Shown here piece after piece: positions 1-12,736 of a stretch of 46,544 nucleotides of DNA (within the stretch, counting starts at the first letter, position 1; every line of letters begins with the position of its first letter). The position numbers and the translations under genes are program-made. The DNA is from Rhodopirellula sp. JB055 (GTDB lineage Bacteria; Planctomycetota; Planctomycetia; Pirellulales; Pirellulaceae), in contig NZ_JBICHO010000546.1 of NCBI RefSeq assembly GCF_043100905.1, forward strand, positions 1-46,544, written 5' to 3'. Below the pieces are notes generated by a model. That model did no database searches. It was not told where the DNA came from and was given only the letters and a program-made list of their open reading frames with translations.

Positions 1-3626
<3,626 letters not shown>

Positions 3627-3765
3627 GGATGATCCAAAAGCAGGCGGAAGGATGGGAATCAATATGGCTCTGGAAAAGACGAACTTTTCCGGCACCTTTG
3701 AACCGCTATCTTCGTCGTCCGCTAACAAACGAGCAACCCGAACGGCGGAGACGACAGCAAATTTC

Positions 3766-3976
3766 AAATGGGGCAACGAGTGCGACCGGAGCTCGGTGGT
3801 TCTCCACCGAAGTGAACGCGGGACCGGCAGTGAACCTCCAGGCCCCCGTTCGCCGCATCCCTTTGCCGCACGAGCAGGACACTCCCACCAGCCTTCAGGT
3901 TCCCTTGCGGACGCTACGAGATAGGATGTGCCTCCAGCGTGTCTCGCACGCCAAAAACCTTCTCCACGCCCCATTT
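3766..3976 (-). ncRNA. Candidate rod-shaped structured RNA (6S-like, or a metH leader)
   Basis: Nested inverted repeats: 3766-3774/3968-3976, 3780-3791/3932-3949 and 3832-3843/3891-3902, plus a small hairpin at 3793-3810. G.U pairs favour the minus strand. Confidence 0.45.
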
Positions 3977-3989
3977 CTCTATAGAGAAA
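3974..3989. promoter_or_regulatory. Perfect 16-bp palindrome TTTCTCTATAGAGAAA (possible operator or -10 region)
   Basis: Self-reverse-complementary; ends 7 bp before the amidohydrolase ATG. Confidence 0.3.
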
Positions 3990-3995
3990 ATCGAC

Positions 3996-4832
3996 ATGTT
4001 GATTGACTCGCACCACCACCTTTGGGCCTACGATCCAGAAGAATACGGCTGGATCAGCGACGACATGAGCGTTCTGCGCCAAGACTTCCTCGCCGCACAA
4101 TTGCGCGAGCTCGCCGCGGAAAGTGGGGTGGATGGCTTCGTCAGCGTTCAGGCTCGTCAGTCGATGCAGGAAACCGATGACCTGTTGAAAATCGCTTCCG
4201 AAGAACCCCTGATTCGTGGCGTGGTGGGCTGGATCGGCCTAGCGGATTCCGACATCGAATCGCAGTTGGAGTCGATCTCGGGACGCGACCAGTTTGTCGG
4301 CATGCGACATGTTGTCCAGGACGAACCGGACGATCGCTTTCTCGACGGCGAAGCGTTCAACCACGGCGTCTCGCTACTCAGCCAACACAACTTGGTCTAT
4401 GACATTCTGATCTTCGCCAAACAGCTCCCCGCAGCGATCGATTTCGCAGACCGCCACGCAAGTTTGCCGATGGTGGTCGACCACATTGCCAAACCAACGA
4501 TCTCAGGCGGCACGATGGATCCCCAGTGGGAACCTCACTTCAAAGAGCTCGCCCGCCGCGAAAACCTGACCTGCAAGTTCTCTGGCGTGGCCACCGAAGT
4601 TCGCGACGCGGAATGGAACATCGAAACCATTCGTCCGTACTGGGACGTTGCATTGGAATCGTTCGGGCCGCAGCGTCTGATGTTCGGCAGTGACTGGCCC
4701 GTGTGCTTGCTTCGCACCGGCCACAAGCAATGGCTGGACACCGTTCGCGAATTGGCCTCGGAACTGAGCGACGACGAACAAGCCGCCTTCTTCGCCGGCA
4801 ACGCGATCAAGGCCTACGGGTTGGACGCATAA
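3996..4832 (+). CDS. Amidohydrolase_2 family protein (sugar lactonase, L-fuconolactonase-like)
   Basis: [10 protein letters not shown] start, [24 protein letters not shown] and MFGSDWPV motifs. ATG 3996 preferred over the GTG at 3939. Confidence 0.88.
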   Translation: MLIDSHHHLWAYDPEEYGWISDDMSVLRQDFLAAQLRELAAESGVDGFVSVQARQSMQETDDLLKIASEEPLIRGVVGWIGLADSDIESQLESISGRDQFVGMRHVVQDEPDDRFLDGEAFNHGVSLLSQHNLVYDILIFAKQLPAAIDFADRHASLPMVVDHIAKPTISGGTMDPQWEPHFKELARRENLTCKFSGVATEVRDAEWNIETIRPYWDVALESFGPQRLMFGSDWPVCLLRTGHKQWLDTVRELASELSDDEQAAFFAGNAIKAYGLDA

Positions 4833-4836
4833 AGAT

Positions 4837-5115
4837 GTAGCCGGATTCACCAAGAATTCGGAACGTGATGGATGCAATGCCGGATGCCACCGCCGAGGGG
4901 GACTCACGGCGGAGACCGCCGTGCTACAGGTTGCTAACCAACACGGCTCCCCCATGCCCGTCCGAATTCTTGGCGAATCCGGCTACGGAGATCTGTAGGC
5001 CATGTTCCACATGGCATCCCAACCGATGCTTTGGAACAAAGCGAGGCGTCCCAACAGCATTCGCAAGATCGCAAACAACCGGCCAATCACCACCGCCAGG
5101 TACAACCTGGCCTAC
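4837..5115. repeat. Cluster of three GTAG-type REP families between convergent genes
   Basis: Doublet 4837-4862/4961-4986 (25/26 complementary); single arm 4905-4927; doublet 4995-5015/5095-5115. Each is GTAG followed by a palindrome. Confidence 0.85.
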
Positions 5116-5741
5116 GATCCCGACATCTCGGGGTTGAGGCTGGGGTCGTTGTACATCTTCATTTGGCGGTACGTCTTGTGACGTTTGCGACCAGCGAAAA
5201 TGTCATCGATCAACGTTTGCAACGACGCTGACAGATCCGCGTGTTGGACTTGGCAAAGCAACCACCTCGCCTCCACCTTGGATCGGTGCTCGGCATTGAC
5301 ATCCTGCCGTTGCAACTGCTCGGCGTAATGGAACAAACGCAGCGACATAATCGACAACCGGTCGATCGCACTGCCGGGCGTCTCGGTGTTGATCGGAGCG
5401 TTCTCAGGAACCACGACATCCGATTGCTGGATGGATTCCGTGATCGCATCGTCCAGCTTTTCAATCCAATCGTTTCGCTGTTGATTCAGCCGATCGATCG
5501 ACCGTTTGACTTCCGCAATGCGAGCGTCGGTCACGTTTGGATTGCGTGCGACGTCTTCTTCGTGCCACAACTTGAAATTGAAAGCGTGTTGCTGGCACAC
5601 CCAACCCAGCCAACCCGAATGCGGGTTGGCCACGGGTTCATCGTGCCACCGGCGGACACAATCGATCTGCAATTGCGTCCAGTCTTGGACCGAACCGGTG
5701 ACCTTTGGAATGCGGCCTGAATCGTCAGCGGGGCCGCTCAC
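5112..5741 (-). CDS. DUF4254 family protein
   Basis: LWHEEDVAR...KRSIDRLNQQRNDWIEKLD, NTETPGSAIDRLSI and YRQMKMYNDPSLNP motifs. Confidence 0.85.
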   Translation of the reverse strand: MSGPADDSGRIPKVTGSVQDWTQLQIDCVRRWHDEPVANPHSGWLGWVCQQHAFNFKLWHEEDVARNPNVTDARIAEVKRSIDRLNQQRNDWIEKLDDAITESIQQSDVVVPENAPINTETPGSAIDRLSIMSLRLFHYAEQLQRQDVNAEHRSKVEARWLLCQVQHADLSASLQTLIDDIFAGRKRHKTYRQMKMYNDPSLNPEMSGS

Positions 5742-5745
5742 CGGA

Positions 5746-6750
5746 TCAAACTTCTTTTTCGTCGATCCAGTTCATCATACGGCGAAGGCCGAGACCGATT
5801 TGCTCAACACCGTGCAAACGTTCGCGACGACGGGTCGCCTTGAAGAAAGGAGCACCCGCACGGTTTTCGCTGATCCACTTGCGAGCGAACTCGCCTTGTT
5901 GAATCTCTTCGAGAACCTTCTTCATTTCGGCTTTGGTTTCATCGGTGATGATACGTGGACCGGTGACGTAATCGCCGTACTCAGCAGTGTTGCTGATGCT
6001 GTATCGCATGTAGCTCAAACCACCTTCGTACAACAAATCAACGATCAGCTTCAGTTCGTGCATGCACTCGAAGTAAGCCATTTCAGGTTGGTAACCAGCT
6101 TCCACGAGCGTATCGAAACCGGCCTTCACCAATTCGCTGACACCACCGCACAAGACAACTTGTTCGCCGAACAAGTCAGTTTCGGTTTCTTCTGCGAAAG
6201 TGGTTTCGATGACACCACCGCGAGTTCCGCCGATGCCCTTGGCGTATGCTAAACCGATTTGCTTGGTGGTTTCCGAAGCACCTTCGCCCAGTGCGATCAA
6301 TGCAGGAACACCGCCGCCCTTTTCATACTCGCTGCGGACCAAGTGGCCGGGGCCCTTGGGAGCGACAAGCAGAGTGTCGATGCCCTTGGGAGGATCGATT
6401 TGACCAAAGTGAATGTTGAAACCGTGCGAGCACATCAACACGTTGCCTTCGGACAGATTGTCACGAATCGAATCGCGATAGATGTCCGCTTGAACTTCAT
6501 CGGGAAGCAACACGTTGATGACGTCGGCTGCCTTGGTAGCGTCGGCGATCGACATGGGCTCGAACCCGTGCGAGACGGCCAAGTCGTAGTTCGCACTGCC
6601 AGCCCGTTGGCCGATGATGACCTCGCAACCGCTGTCACGCAGGTTTTGAGCTTGGGCGTGTCCTTGCGAACCGTAACCCAAGATCGCGACCTTCTTGCCT
6701 TTCAGGTGGGACAGGTCGGCGTCGTTTTCGTAGTAAATGGTGGCTGCCAT
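5746..6750 (-). CDS. ilvC: Ketol-acid reductoisomerase
   Basis: [43 protein letters not shown] and [15 protein letters not shown] motifs. Confidence 0.98.
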   Translation of the reverse strand: MAATIYYENDADLSHLKGKKVAILGYGSQGHAQAQNLRDSGCEVIIGQRAGSANYDLAVSHGFEPMSIADATKAADVINVLLPDEVQADIYRDSIRDNLSEGNVLMCSHGFNIHFGQIDPPKGIDTLLVAPKGPGHLVRSEYEKGGGVPALIALGEGASETTKQIGLAYAKGIGGTRGGVIETTFAEETETDLFGEQVVLCGGVSELVKAGFDTLVEAGYQPEMAYFECMHELKLIVDLLYEGGLSYMRYSISNTAEYGDYVTGPRIITDETKAEMKKVLEEIQQGEFARKWISENRAGAPFFKATRRRERLHGVEQIGLGLRRMMNWIDEKEV

Positions 6751-6812
6751 CAGAAGTCACTCAGAGTGTGTGGGGAAAGATGATTTGGAAGGGGATCGGA
6801 ACGAATTTGAGG

Positions 6813-7352
6813 TTAGGCTTGGACGGTTTCAGCAGCAGGCTCACTCGAGGTGACTTGCGAACCACTGCGAACCATTGCGATGCGGCCCGTGCGGACCAAT
6901 TCGACGATGCCATAGCGATCGATTCGTTCGATGAAAGCCTGGACTTTGTTGGCTCGGCCGCTGATTTCGATCATCACTTCCCCTTCGCCGACATCGACGA
7001 TTTGTCCACGGAAGATGTCGACCAACTCGCGAATTTCGCTGCGGACACCACCTGCAGGAGCCGTGACTTTGACCAACAGAAGGTCGCGTTCAACGTAATC
7101 GTTGGAGCTGATATCCAGCACACGCACGACCGTGACGATTTTTTCGAGCTGTTTGCGGACTTGGTCGAGGACTTGGTCGTCGCCGACAACGACAAACGTC
7201 ATTCGCGAAAGGGTGGGGTCTTCGGTTTCACCGACAGCCAACGAATCAATGTTGTAGCCGCGGGAAGCGAGCATTCCGGAAATGTGTGCAAGCACTCCGG
7301 GCACGTTTTGAACGAGAGCCGAGAGCAAATGACGTTGGTTGGGACTGGCCAT
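6813..7352 (-). CDS. ilvN: Acetolactate synthase small (regulatory) subunit
   Basis: ACT domain LVQNVPGVLAHISGMLASRGYNIDSLAVG, ERDLLLVKV, ELVRTGRIAM. Start set at ATG 7352 (MASPNQRH). Confidence 0.95.
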   Translation of the reverse strand: MASPNQRHLLSALVQNVPGVLAHISGMLASRGYNIDSLAVGETEDPTLSRMTFVVVGDDQVLDQVRKQLEKIVTVVRVLDISSNDYVERDLLLVKVTAPAGGVRSEIRELVDIFRGQIVDVGEGEVMIEISGRANKVQAFIERIDRYGIVELVRTGRIAMVRSGSQVTSSEPAAETVQA

Positions 7353-7674
7353 GGATGTGCCTGTGAGTCGCCATGTGAGAGCAAAAAAGATCGCCAATCG
7401 CGTCGAAGACGCGACAATTACAAGGGAAGGGTCGCGATCAAGAGCGACGCATGATAATTTTGGAGGTTGACGCTGCCAAGGGCTGCGAGACAAACGCTGC
7501 AAACTCGCTGCTCGATCCGCCGGGACAGACCGCTTCCAGCCTCCAAATGTTCGCGGACACTTCACCGCCGAGCGGGATTCTGCCGAAACCGGCTCGCCGA
7601 TCGAACCCGAAGCTCTCGTTATTGTCCCTTCATCACCCACTTTCACTCCTTTTTGCCTCCGAGCGACCCGCCGC

Positions 7675-8478
7675 ATGAGCTTTCGCATCGATTTGCCGGT
7701 CTACCGAGGGCCAATCGATCTGCTGCTGTACTTGGTTCGCCGCCAGGAGCTGTCGCTGACGGAGATGTCGCTGGCCAAAGTGGTCGACCAATATGTGGCT
7801 CACCTGGATGTGCTCCAGGAGCTCGATTTGGCCGAAGTGGGCGATTTCTTGGAATTGGCCGCCACCCTGGTGGAAATGAAAAGCCAAGCGGTCCTGCCAA
7901 AAATCGAGGACGAAACCGCCGAGGAAGCCGTCGAAGACACCCACGAATCTCTGGTCGAGCGACTGCTGCAGTACAAAGAAATTCGCGACGCGGCGGCAGT
8001 CCTGGACGAAATGTCCGCTCGCTGGCAAACCCGTTTTGAGCGTGTCGCAGACGACCTTCCCACCCGCCGAAACGATCCGGCCGACCAGCCTATCGTGGAA
8101 CTGGAAATCTGGGACTTGGTCAGTGCCTTCGGACGGATCATGCGTGAATCCGCCGGGCCGCCGCCAACCGAGGTCATCTACGACGACACCCCCATTCACG
8201 TCTACATGCAAAAAATTCACACCGAACTGGCGGTCCAACCCCGCGTTCCGCTGGTCGACTTGGTGCCCCCCGGGCAACACAAATCAGCCTACATCGGTTG
8301 GTTCCTCGCCATGCTGGAACTGACGCGGCACCACGGTGCCGCGGTCGACCAAAACGAGGAAGGCGAAATCGAAGTCGTGCGGACCGAAAATTACTCTGAC
8401 AACTTGAACGTCAACGAAGTCGACAACTACGGCACCGGCTCGATCGACAACAGCAACATGCCGATCCGGATGCGTTGA
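7675..8478 (+). CDS. scpA: Segregation and condensation protein A (kleisin)
   Basis: YRGPIDLLLYLVR N-terminus, FLELAATLVEMKS, LVERLLQYK and FLAMLEL motifs. Confidence 0.92.
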   Translation: MSFRIDLPVYRGPIDLLLYLVRRQELSLTEMSLAKVVDQYVAHLDVLQELDLAEVGDFLELAATLVEMKSQAVLPKIEDETAEEAVEDTHESLVERLLQYKEIRDAAAVLDEMSARWQTRFERVADDLPTRRNDPADQPIVELEIWDLVSAFGRIMRESAGPPPTEVIYDDTPIHVYMQKIHTELAVQPRVPLVDLVPPGQHKSAYIGWFLAMLELTRHHGAAVDQNEEGEIEVVRTENYSDNLNVNEVDNYGTGSIDNSNMPIRMR

Positions 8479-9317
8479 TGGTTGAAAACATCCCCATTCT
8501 CTCGCATGTCCATGATGGACTGACGATCGAGGGCTATTCGCGCGCCGCGGTCCAAACCTGCTGGCGAGTCAACGAACTCAAGCTGCTCTTTGATGTCGGG
8601 GTCCAACCCTGGGACTTCATGGGCACACCGACCATGTTCATCTCGCACGCGCACCTGGACCACATCGCGGCCCTTCCAGCGTATGTGTCCCGGCGGCGAA
8701 TGATGAAGATGGATCCGCCGATCATCTACCTGCCCGATTCAGCGGTCGACATGGCGTGGAAGATGTTGCAAACCTTCCGCAGTCTCGATCGTGGCGCGAT
8801 GCCGTGTGAGTTGATCGGATTGCTGGATGGCGACGAAACCAAAATTGGTCGTGAGTACGTTGTGAAATCCATGAACGTGCATCACACGATCGATGCACTC
8901 GGGTTCATCGTCTATCAACGTCGACACAAACTCAAACCCGAGTACCTGGACCTGCCCGGCGAAAAAATTCGCGACCTGAAGATGGCCGGCACCGAAATCA
9001 CGACCGAGCAACGCGTGCCCGTGTTCGCATACACCGGCGACACGTCACCCAAGGGATTGGACAACAATCCCGAGTTCTATGAGTCCAAGATTCTGATCAG
9101 CGAACTCACGTTTGCTGCGCCCGAACATCGCCGATCGAAAATCCATAAACATGGTCACATGCACGTGGATGACTATCGCGAACGAGCGGACAACTTTCAA
9201 AACGAATTGATCATCGGGTCTCACGCCAGCACGCGTTACACCGACGTCCAAATCCGACGCTTTGTCAAGAAAGCATTGCCCGGCATGCTGGACGACCGGC
9301 TGAAACTTTGGATCTAA
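8478..9317 (+). CDS. Metallo-beta-lactamase-fold hydrolase, tRNase Z-like
   Basis: HAHLDH (HxHxDH), KLKPEY exosite-like segment, YTGDT, HGHMH and SHASTRY motifs. ATG overlaps the scpA stop (TGATG). Confidence 0.8.
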   Translation: MVENIPILSHVHDGLTIEGYSRAAVQTCWRVNELKLLFDVGVQPWDFMGTPTMFISHAHLDHIAALPAYVSRRRMMKMDPPIIYLPDSAVDMAWKMLQTFRSLDRGAMPCELIGLLDGDETKIGREYVVKSMNVHHTIDALGFIVYQRRHKLKPEYLDLPGEKIRDLKMAGTEITTEQRVPVFAYTGDTSPKGLDNNPEFYESKILISELTFAAPEHRRSKIHKHGHMHVDDYRERADNFQNELIIGSHASTRYTDVQIRRFVKKALPGMLDDRLKLWI

Positions 9318-9318
9318 C

Positions 9319-10488
9319 ATGACGTGCATTCCTCCCGGCGGCTGGCCCCAACCACAGTCGCTGTATGTGCACGTTCCGTTCTGTCGTCATCGTTGCGGTT
9401 ACTGCAACTTCAGCGTGATCGCTGGTCGCGACGAGCTGCAAGATCAATACATTGATGCCGTCGAGAAAGAACTCAATGGCATCGACAACTCCTTGCGAGA
9501 ATTGCCGCTGCAAACAATCTTCTTGGGCGGTGGCACGCCAACGCGTTTGTCAGCCGCACATCTGCAACGACTGCATCGCGCGATCTCGAATGCATTCCGG
9601 ATCACGGATGACGCTGAGATCACCGCGGAAGCCAACCCCGAAGACATCTCGCCCGAGTGCCTGGATGCTTTGCAAGCCATTGGCGTCAATCGAATCAGCC
9701 TCGGCGTTCAGTCGTTTGACACCGAAAAACTGCGATGCCTCGAACGCGGCCATGACGAATCCATCGCACTTTCTGCGATCGAATCCGCTCACCAACGAGT
9801 CGGCAATGTCTCGATCGATCTGATCTTTGGTGCCCCGAACGAATCTCTCGCGACTTGGCAAAAGGATTTGTCGATCGCGGCAGCCTCCTCGATCTCGCAT
9901 GTCTCCACCTATGCCCTGACATTCGAAAAAGGCACGTCCTTCTGGTCACGGCGTTCGCGCGGCGATCTATCGGAAACTGATGAGACGCTGGAACTGCAAA
10001 TGTACGAAGCCGCTCAACAGCAATTTTCAAGCGACGGTTGGCTGCAATACGAGATCAGCAGTTTCGCAAGAGCTGCCACGCGATGCCAACACAACCTGGC
10101 TTATTGGGCGGGACGTGGTTGGCACGCCGTTGGTCCCGGAGCAGCACGCTTCGTCGACGGTCGACGCGAAGTCAATCATCGCAGCACGACGACGTATCTC
10201 AAACGCATGCTGGCCAGTGGAAATGCAACCGACGAAACCGAGACCATCACGCTGGGACAGTACGCTCGTGAACTGGCGGCGTTTGGCGTGCGTCAACTCG
10301 ACGGGATCGATCTTTCCACGATTGATGACCGCACTTCAATCAACCTGGAAACCTTGCTTGCGAAAACGCTGACGACACTTCAGTCGATGGAATTGGTCAC
10401 GCACGAAAACCACCACCTCAGGCTCACCCGTCGCGGCATCTTGTTTGCGGACACCGTCGCAACCGCTCTGCTGTCCGAGCCAGAGTAG
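9319..10488 (+). CDS. hemW: Radical SAM heme chaperone HemW (HemN-like)
   Basis: LYVHVPFCRHRCGYCNF (CxxxCxxC), GGGTPT, EANPED, YEISSF and HNLAYW motifs. Confidence 0.9.
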   Translation: MTCIPPGGWPQPQSLYVHVPFCRHRCGYCNFSVIAGRDELQDQYIDAVEKELNGIDNSLRELPLQTIFLGGGTPTRLSAAHLQRLHRAISNAFRITDDAEITAEANPEDISPECLDALQAIGVNRISLGVQSFDTEKLRCLERGHDESIALSAIESAHQRVGNVSIDLIFGAPNESLATWQKDLSIAAASSISHVSTYALTFEKGTSFWSRRSRGDLSETDETLELQMYEAAQQQFSSDGWLQYEISSFARAATRCQHNLAYWAGRGWHAVGPGAARFVDGRREVNHRSTTTYLKRMLASGNATDETETITLGQYARELAAFGVRQLDGIDLSTIDDRTSINLETLLAKTLTTLQSMELVTHENHHLRLTRRGILFADTVATALLSEPE

Positions 10489-10673
10489 AACCGTTGACCT
10501 CAACTGTTTGCGTGGCTGGGTCGCTTCGTAGAAACACAGGATGCGAATGAAAGCAACGTCAACATCTTTGCTTCACGCGATGGAAGATCAGGAAGACCGT
10601 TTGTTTGAACCTCGGGATGGCCCTGCAGGGAACGTTGCCCGACGGAACAATTGAGGACAATTGTTCTACTCTG
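10481..10673. repeat. GTAG-type REP doublet between convergent hemW and the AraC gene
   Basis: 10481-10509 CAGAGTAGAACCGTTGACCTCAACTGTTT matches the reverse complement of 10645-10673 (CAGAGTAGAACAATTGTCCTCAATTGTTC) at 24/29. Confidence 0.75.
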
Positions 10674-10685
10674 TGGAAGCGGCGT

Positions 10686-11423
10686 TCAACTCTGTTTGCG
10701 TTTGCGATACTCCGTCGGCGACATCTTCATGATCCGCTGAAAACTTCGACTGAAGTGTGCGTGGTCGTAGAAGCCGCAACTTTGCGCGATCGTGGTCACA
10801 CGCTCGTCCGTTTCTCGCAACCATCTCGCCGCGTTCTCCACTCGAACACGAATCAAATACTGTCGTGGTGAAGCGCCAAACGCCAATCGGAATCGCCGCT
10901 CAAAATGGCTTGCCGACAACCCTGCCATCTCAGCCAAGTGCCCCGTCGGAATGTCTTCGCGATAGTGAGCGTGGATGTACTGCATCACATTTTCCAACGA
11001 GTCCGCGCTGCCCGATTGCATCCGCTCGACTTGACGTGAAAAACCGGCCACACCGATCACACGTCCACGACGATCCTTCAGCGGAATCTTGCTGGTCGTG
11101 ACCAACCGCGGCGACCCCGCTTCTTCGGGCGCACTTTCGATTCGGTTGATGATCGCTTCCTTCGATTCCATCACCTGCAAATCGTCTTCGCGGTATTCGT
11201 CCGCCCGTGTCTTCGGAAAGAAGTCGTGATCGGTCTTTCCGATTGCTTCCGACTCAGACAACACGCCGCAGTACTCACAGCCGCGGCGATTGAGCGCCAT
11301 GAACCTGCCCTCGCGATCTTTGACGAAAAACGACACATCGGGCATCCAATCGAACAGCTTCAATATCTCCTGCCCGGGAGCCAAGCGAGCGAAAAACGCT
11401 TGTCTATTGAGTGTCTTTTTCAT
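10686..11423 (-). CDS. AraC-family transcriptional regulator with N-terminal PAS domain
   Basis: PAS: FFVKDREGRF...GKTDHDFFP. AraC HTH: LAEMAGLSASHFERRF...IAQSCGFYDHAHFSRSF...SPTEYR. Confidence 0.93.
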   Translation of the reverse strand: MKKTLNRQAFFARLAPGQEILKLFDWMPDVSFFVKDREGRFMALNRRGCEYCGVLSESEAIGKTDHDFFPKTRADEYREDDLQVMESKEAIINRIESAPEEAGSPRLVTTSKIPLKDRRGRVIGVAGFSRQVERMQSGSADSLENVMQYIHAHYREDIPTGHLAEMAGLSASHFERRFRLAFGASPRQYLIRVRVENAARWLRETDERVTTIAQSCGFYDHAHFSRSFQRIMKMSPTEYRKRKQS

Positions 11424-11554
11424 GCTGCTTTTTTACACAAGAATAATCGCTTCATGCAAGACAGCCAGCGTTTTCCCAGCGAAACTAGCCTGCGAGATCA
11501 TTCATTCCCGAGCGGGACCACGCTTCGCTCGCATCCCATCGCCTCTGCTGGATC

Positions 11555-12667
11555 TTGAATTTGTCCCAGACACCCCGCCGCAACTTCTTGCAAAAATCCG
11601 CCGTCACCGCTCTCGCCGCGACCGCTGCCACTCGCACGTTGACCGCCGCGCCACCCAAGGACGAACCTGAGATCATCGGGCACGGTGACTATCGCTATCG
11701 CGTGATTCGCGATTGGGCCCAAATCAGCTCACTCCGAACGCCGCTGCTCAACTGTCACGAAATGGTGCAAGACAAAAGCGGTCGGCTGTTCATGATCGGC
11801 GACCACACCGACAACAACATCCTCGTCTTTGACAAGTCCGGCAAGCTTCTGGATGCCTGGGGAACCATCTTCCCCGGCGGTCATGGCCTCAGCCTGATGG
11901 ACGAAGGTGACGAAGAGTTCCTGTTGATCACCGATGGAGGATGGACGCTGGATCGCAACGGCAAAGCGATCCGCAACAACGGCCGCGTGACCAAGATGTC
12001 ATTGGACGGCCGCATCCTGTTTGACATTGGGCACCCACAAACCATTGGCATCTACAACGCCGGCGATCCGTTCTGTCCAACCGAGACCACAGTCGGTCCC
12101 AATGGCGACATCTACGTGGCTGATGGCTACGGCAAAGACTATGTGATTCAGTACAACAGCAACGGCGAATACATTCGCCACTGGGGTGGGCACAACAACG
12201 AAGACCCCAACATGAATCTGAAGAACGCCCACGGAGTCGCACTCGACACCCGTGACCCGAATCAACCTTTGATCGTCTGCACCTCACGCAGTGAATGTTG
12301 CTTCAAGTACTTCACGCTGGACGGCCAGTACGTGAAGACAGTTTCACTGCCGAACATGCGAGTCTGTCGCCCGGTCATCGACGACCAAAACTTGTACGCA
12401 GGAGTCTGCTGGTCCCAACCACGTTCGGGAGGGTCGCCTTGGGCCGGTCACACGGGATTCATGACCATCTTGGAAGGCGACCAAGTCGTTTCCAACCCAG
12501 GCGGTTCCGAACCCGAGTATGTCGATGGCGTGCTCCAAAAGTCATACCAACTGGAAAGCCAGCCGATCATGCACGGTCACGATGTTTGCGTCGACGAAGA
12601 CAAGAACCTGTACGTGTGCCAGTGGAACGCCAACCACACGCCGCCGATCAAACTCGAACGCATTTAG
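11555..12667 (+). CDS. Tat-exported NHL-repeat beta-propeller protein (PAL-like)
   Basis: RRNFL twin-arginine leader; NHL repeats PNGDIYVADGYG, NAHGVALD and HGHDVCVDEDKNLYV. The TTG start is uncertain. Confidence 0.8.
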   Translation: MNLSQTPRRNFLQKSAVTALAATAATRTLTAAPPKDEPEIIGHGDYRYRVIRDWAQISSLRTPLLNCHEMVQDKSGRLFMIGDHTDNNILVFDKSGKLLDAWGTIFPGGHGLSLMDEGDEEFLLITDGGWTLDRNGKAIRNNGRVTKMSLDGRILFDIGHPQTIGIYNAGDPFCPTETTVGPNGDIYVADGYGKDYVIQYNSNGEYIRHWGGHNNEDPNMNLKNAHGVALDTRDPNQPLIVCTSRSECCFKYFTLDGQYVKTVSLPNMRVCRPVIDDQNLYAGVCWSQPRSGGSPWAGHTGFMTILEGDQVVSNPGGSEPEYVDGVLQKSYQLESQPIMHGHDVCVDEDKNLYVCQWNANHTPPIKLERI

Positions 12668-12736
12668 TCTGCGCCGAAGTCTGTCCGCCCGGCCCTCCGG
12701 CACCCCTGCACCCTTCCCCACAGTTGCTAGTTCAGC

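Noticed and set aside
3640-3960. Cobalamin, SAM-I or SAH riboswitch upstream of metH (AAGGGAA seen on the minus strand)
   Set aside because: The remaining consensus elements (B12 box, SAM-I core, SAH GAGGAGCG/CAGGCUC) were not found. Kept only as an unclassified structured RNA.
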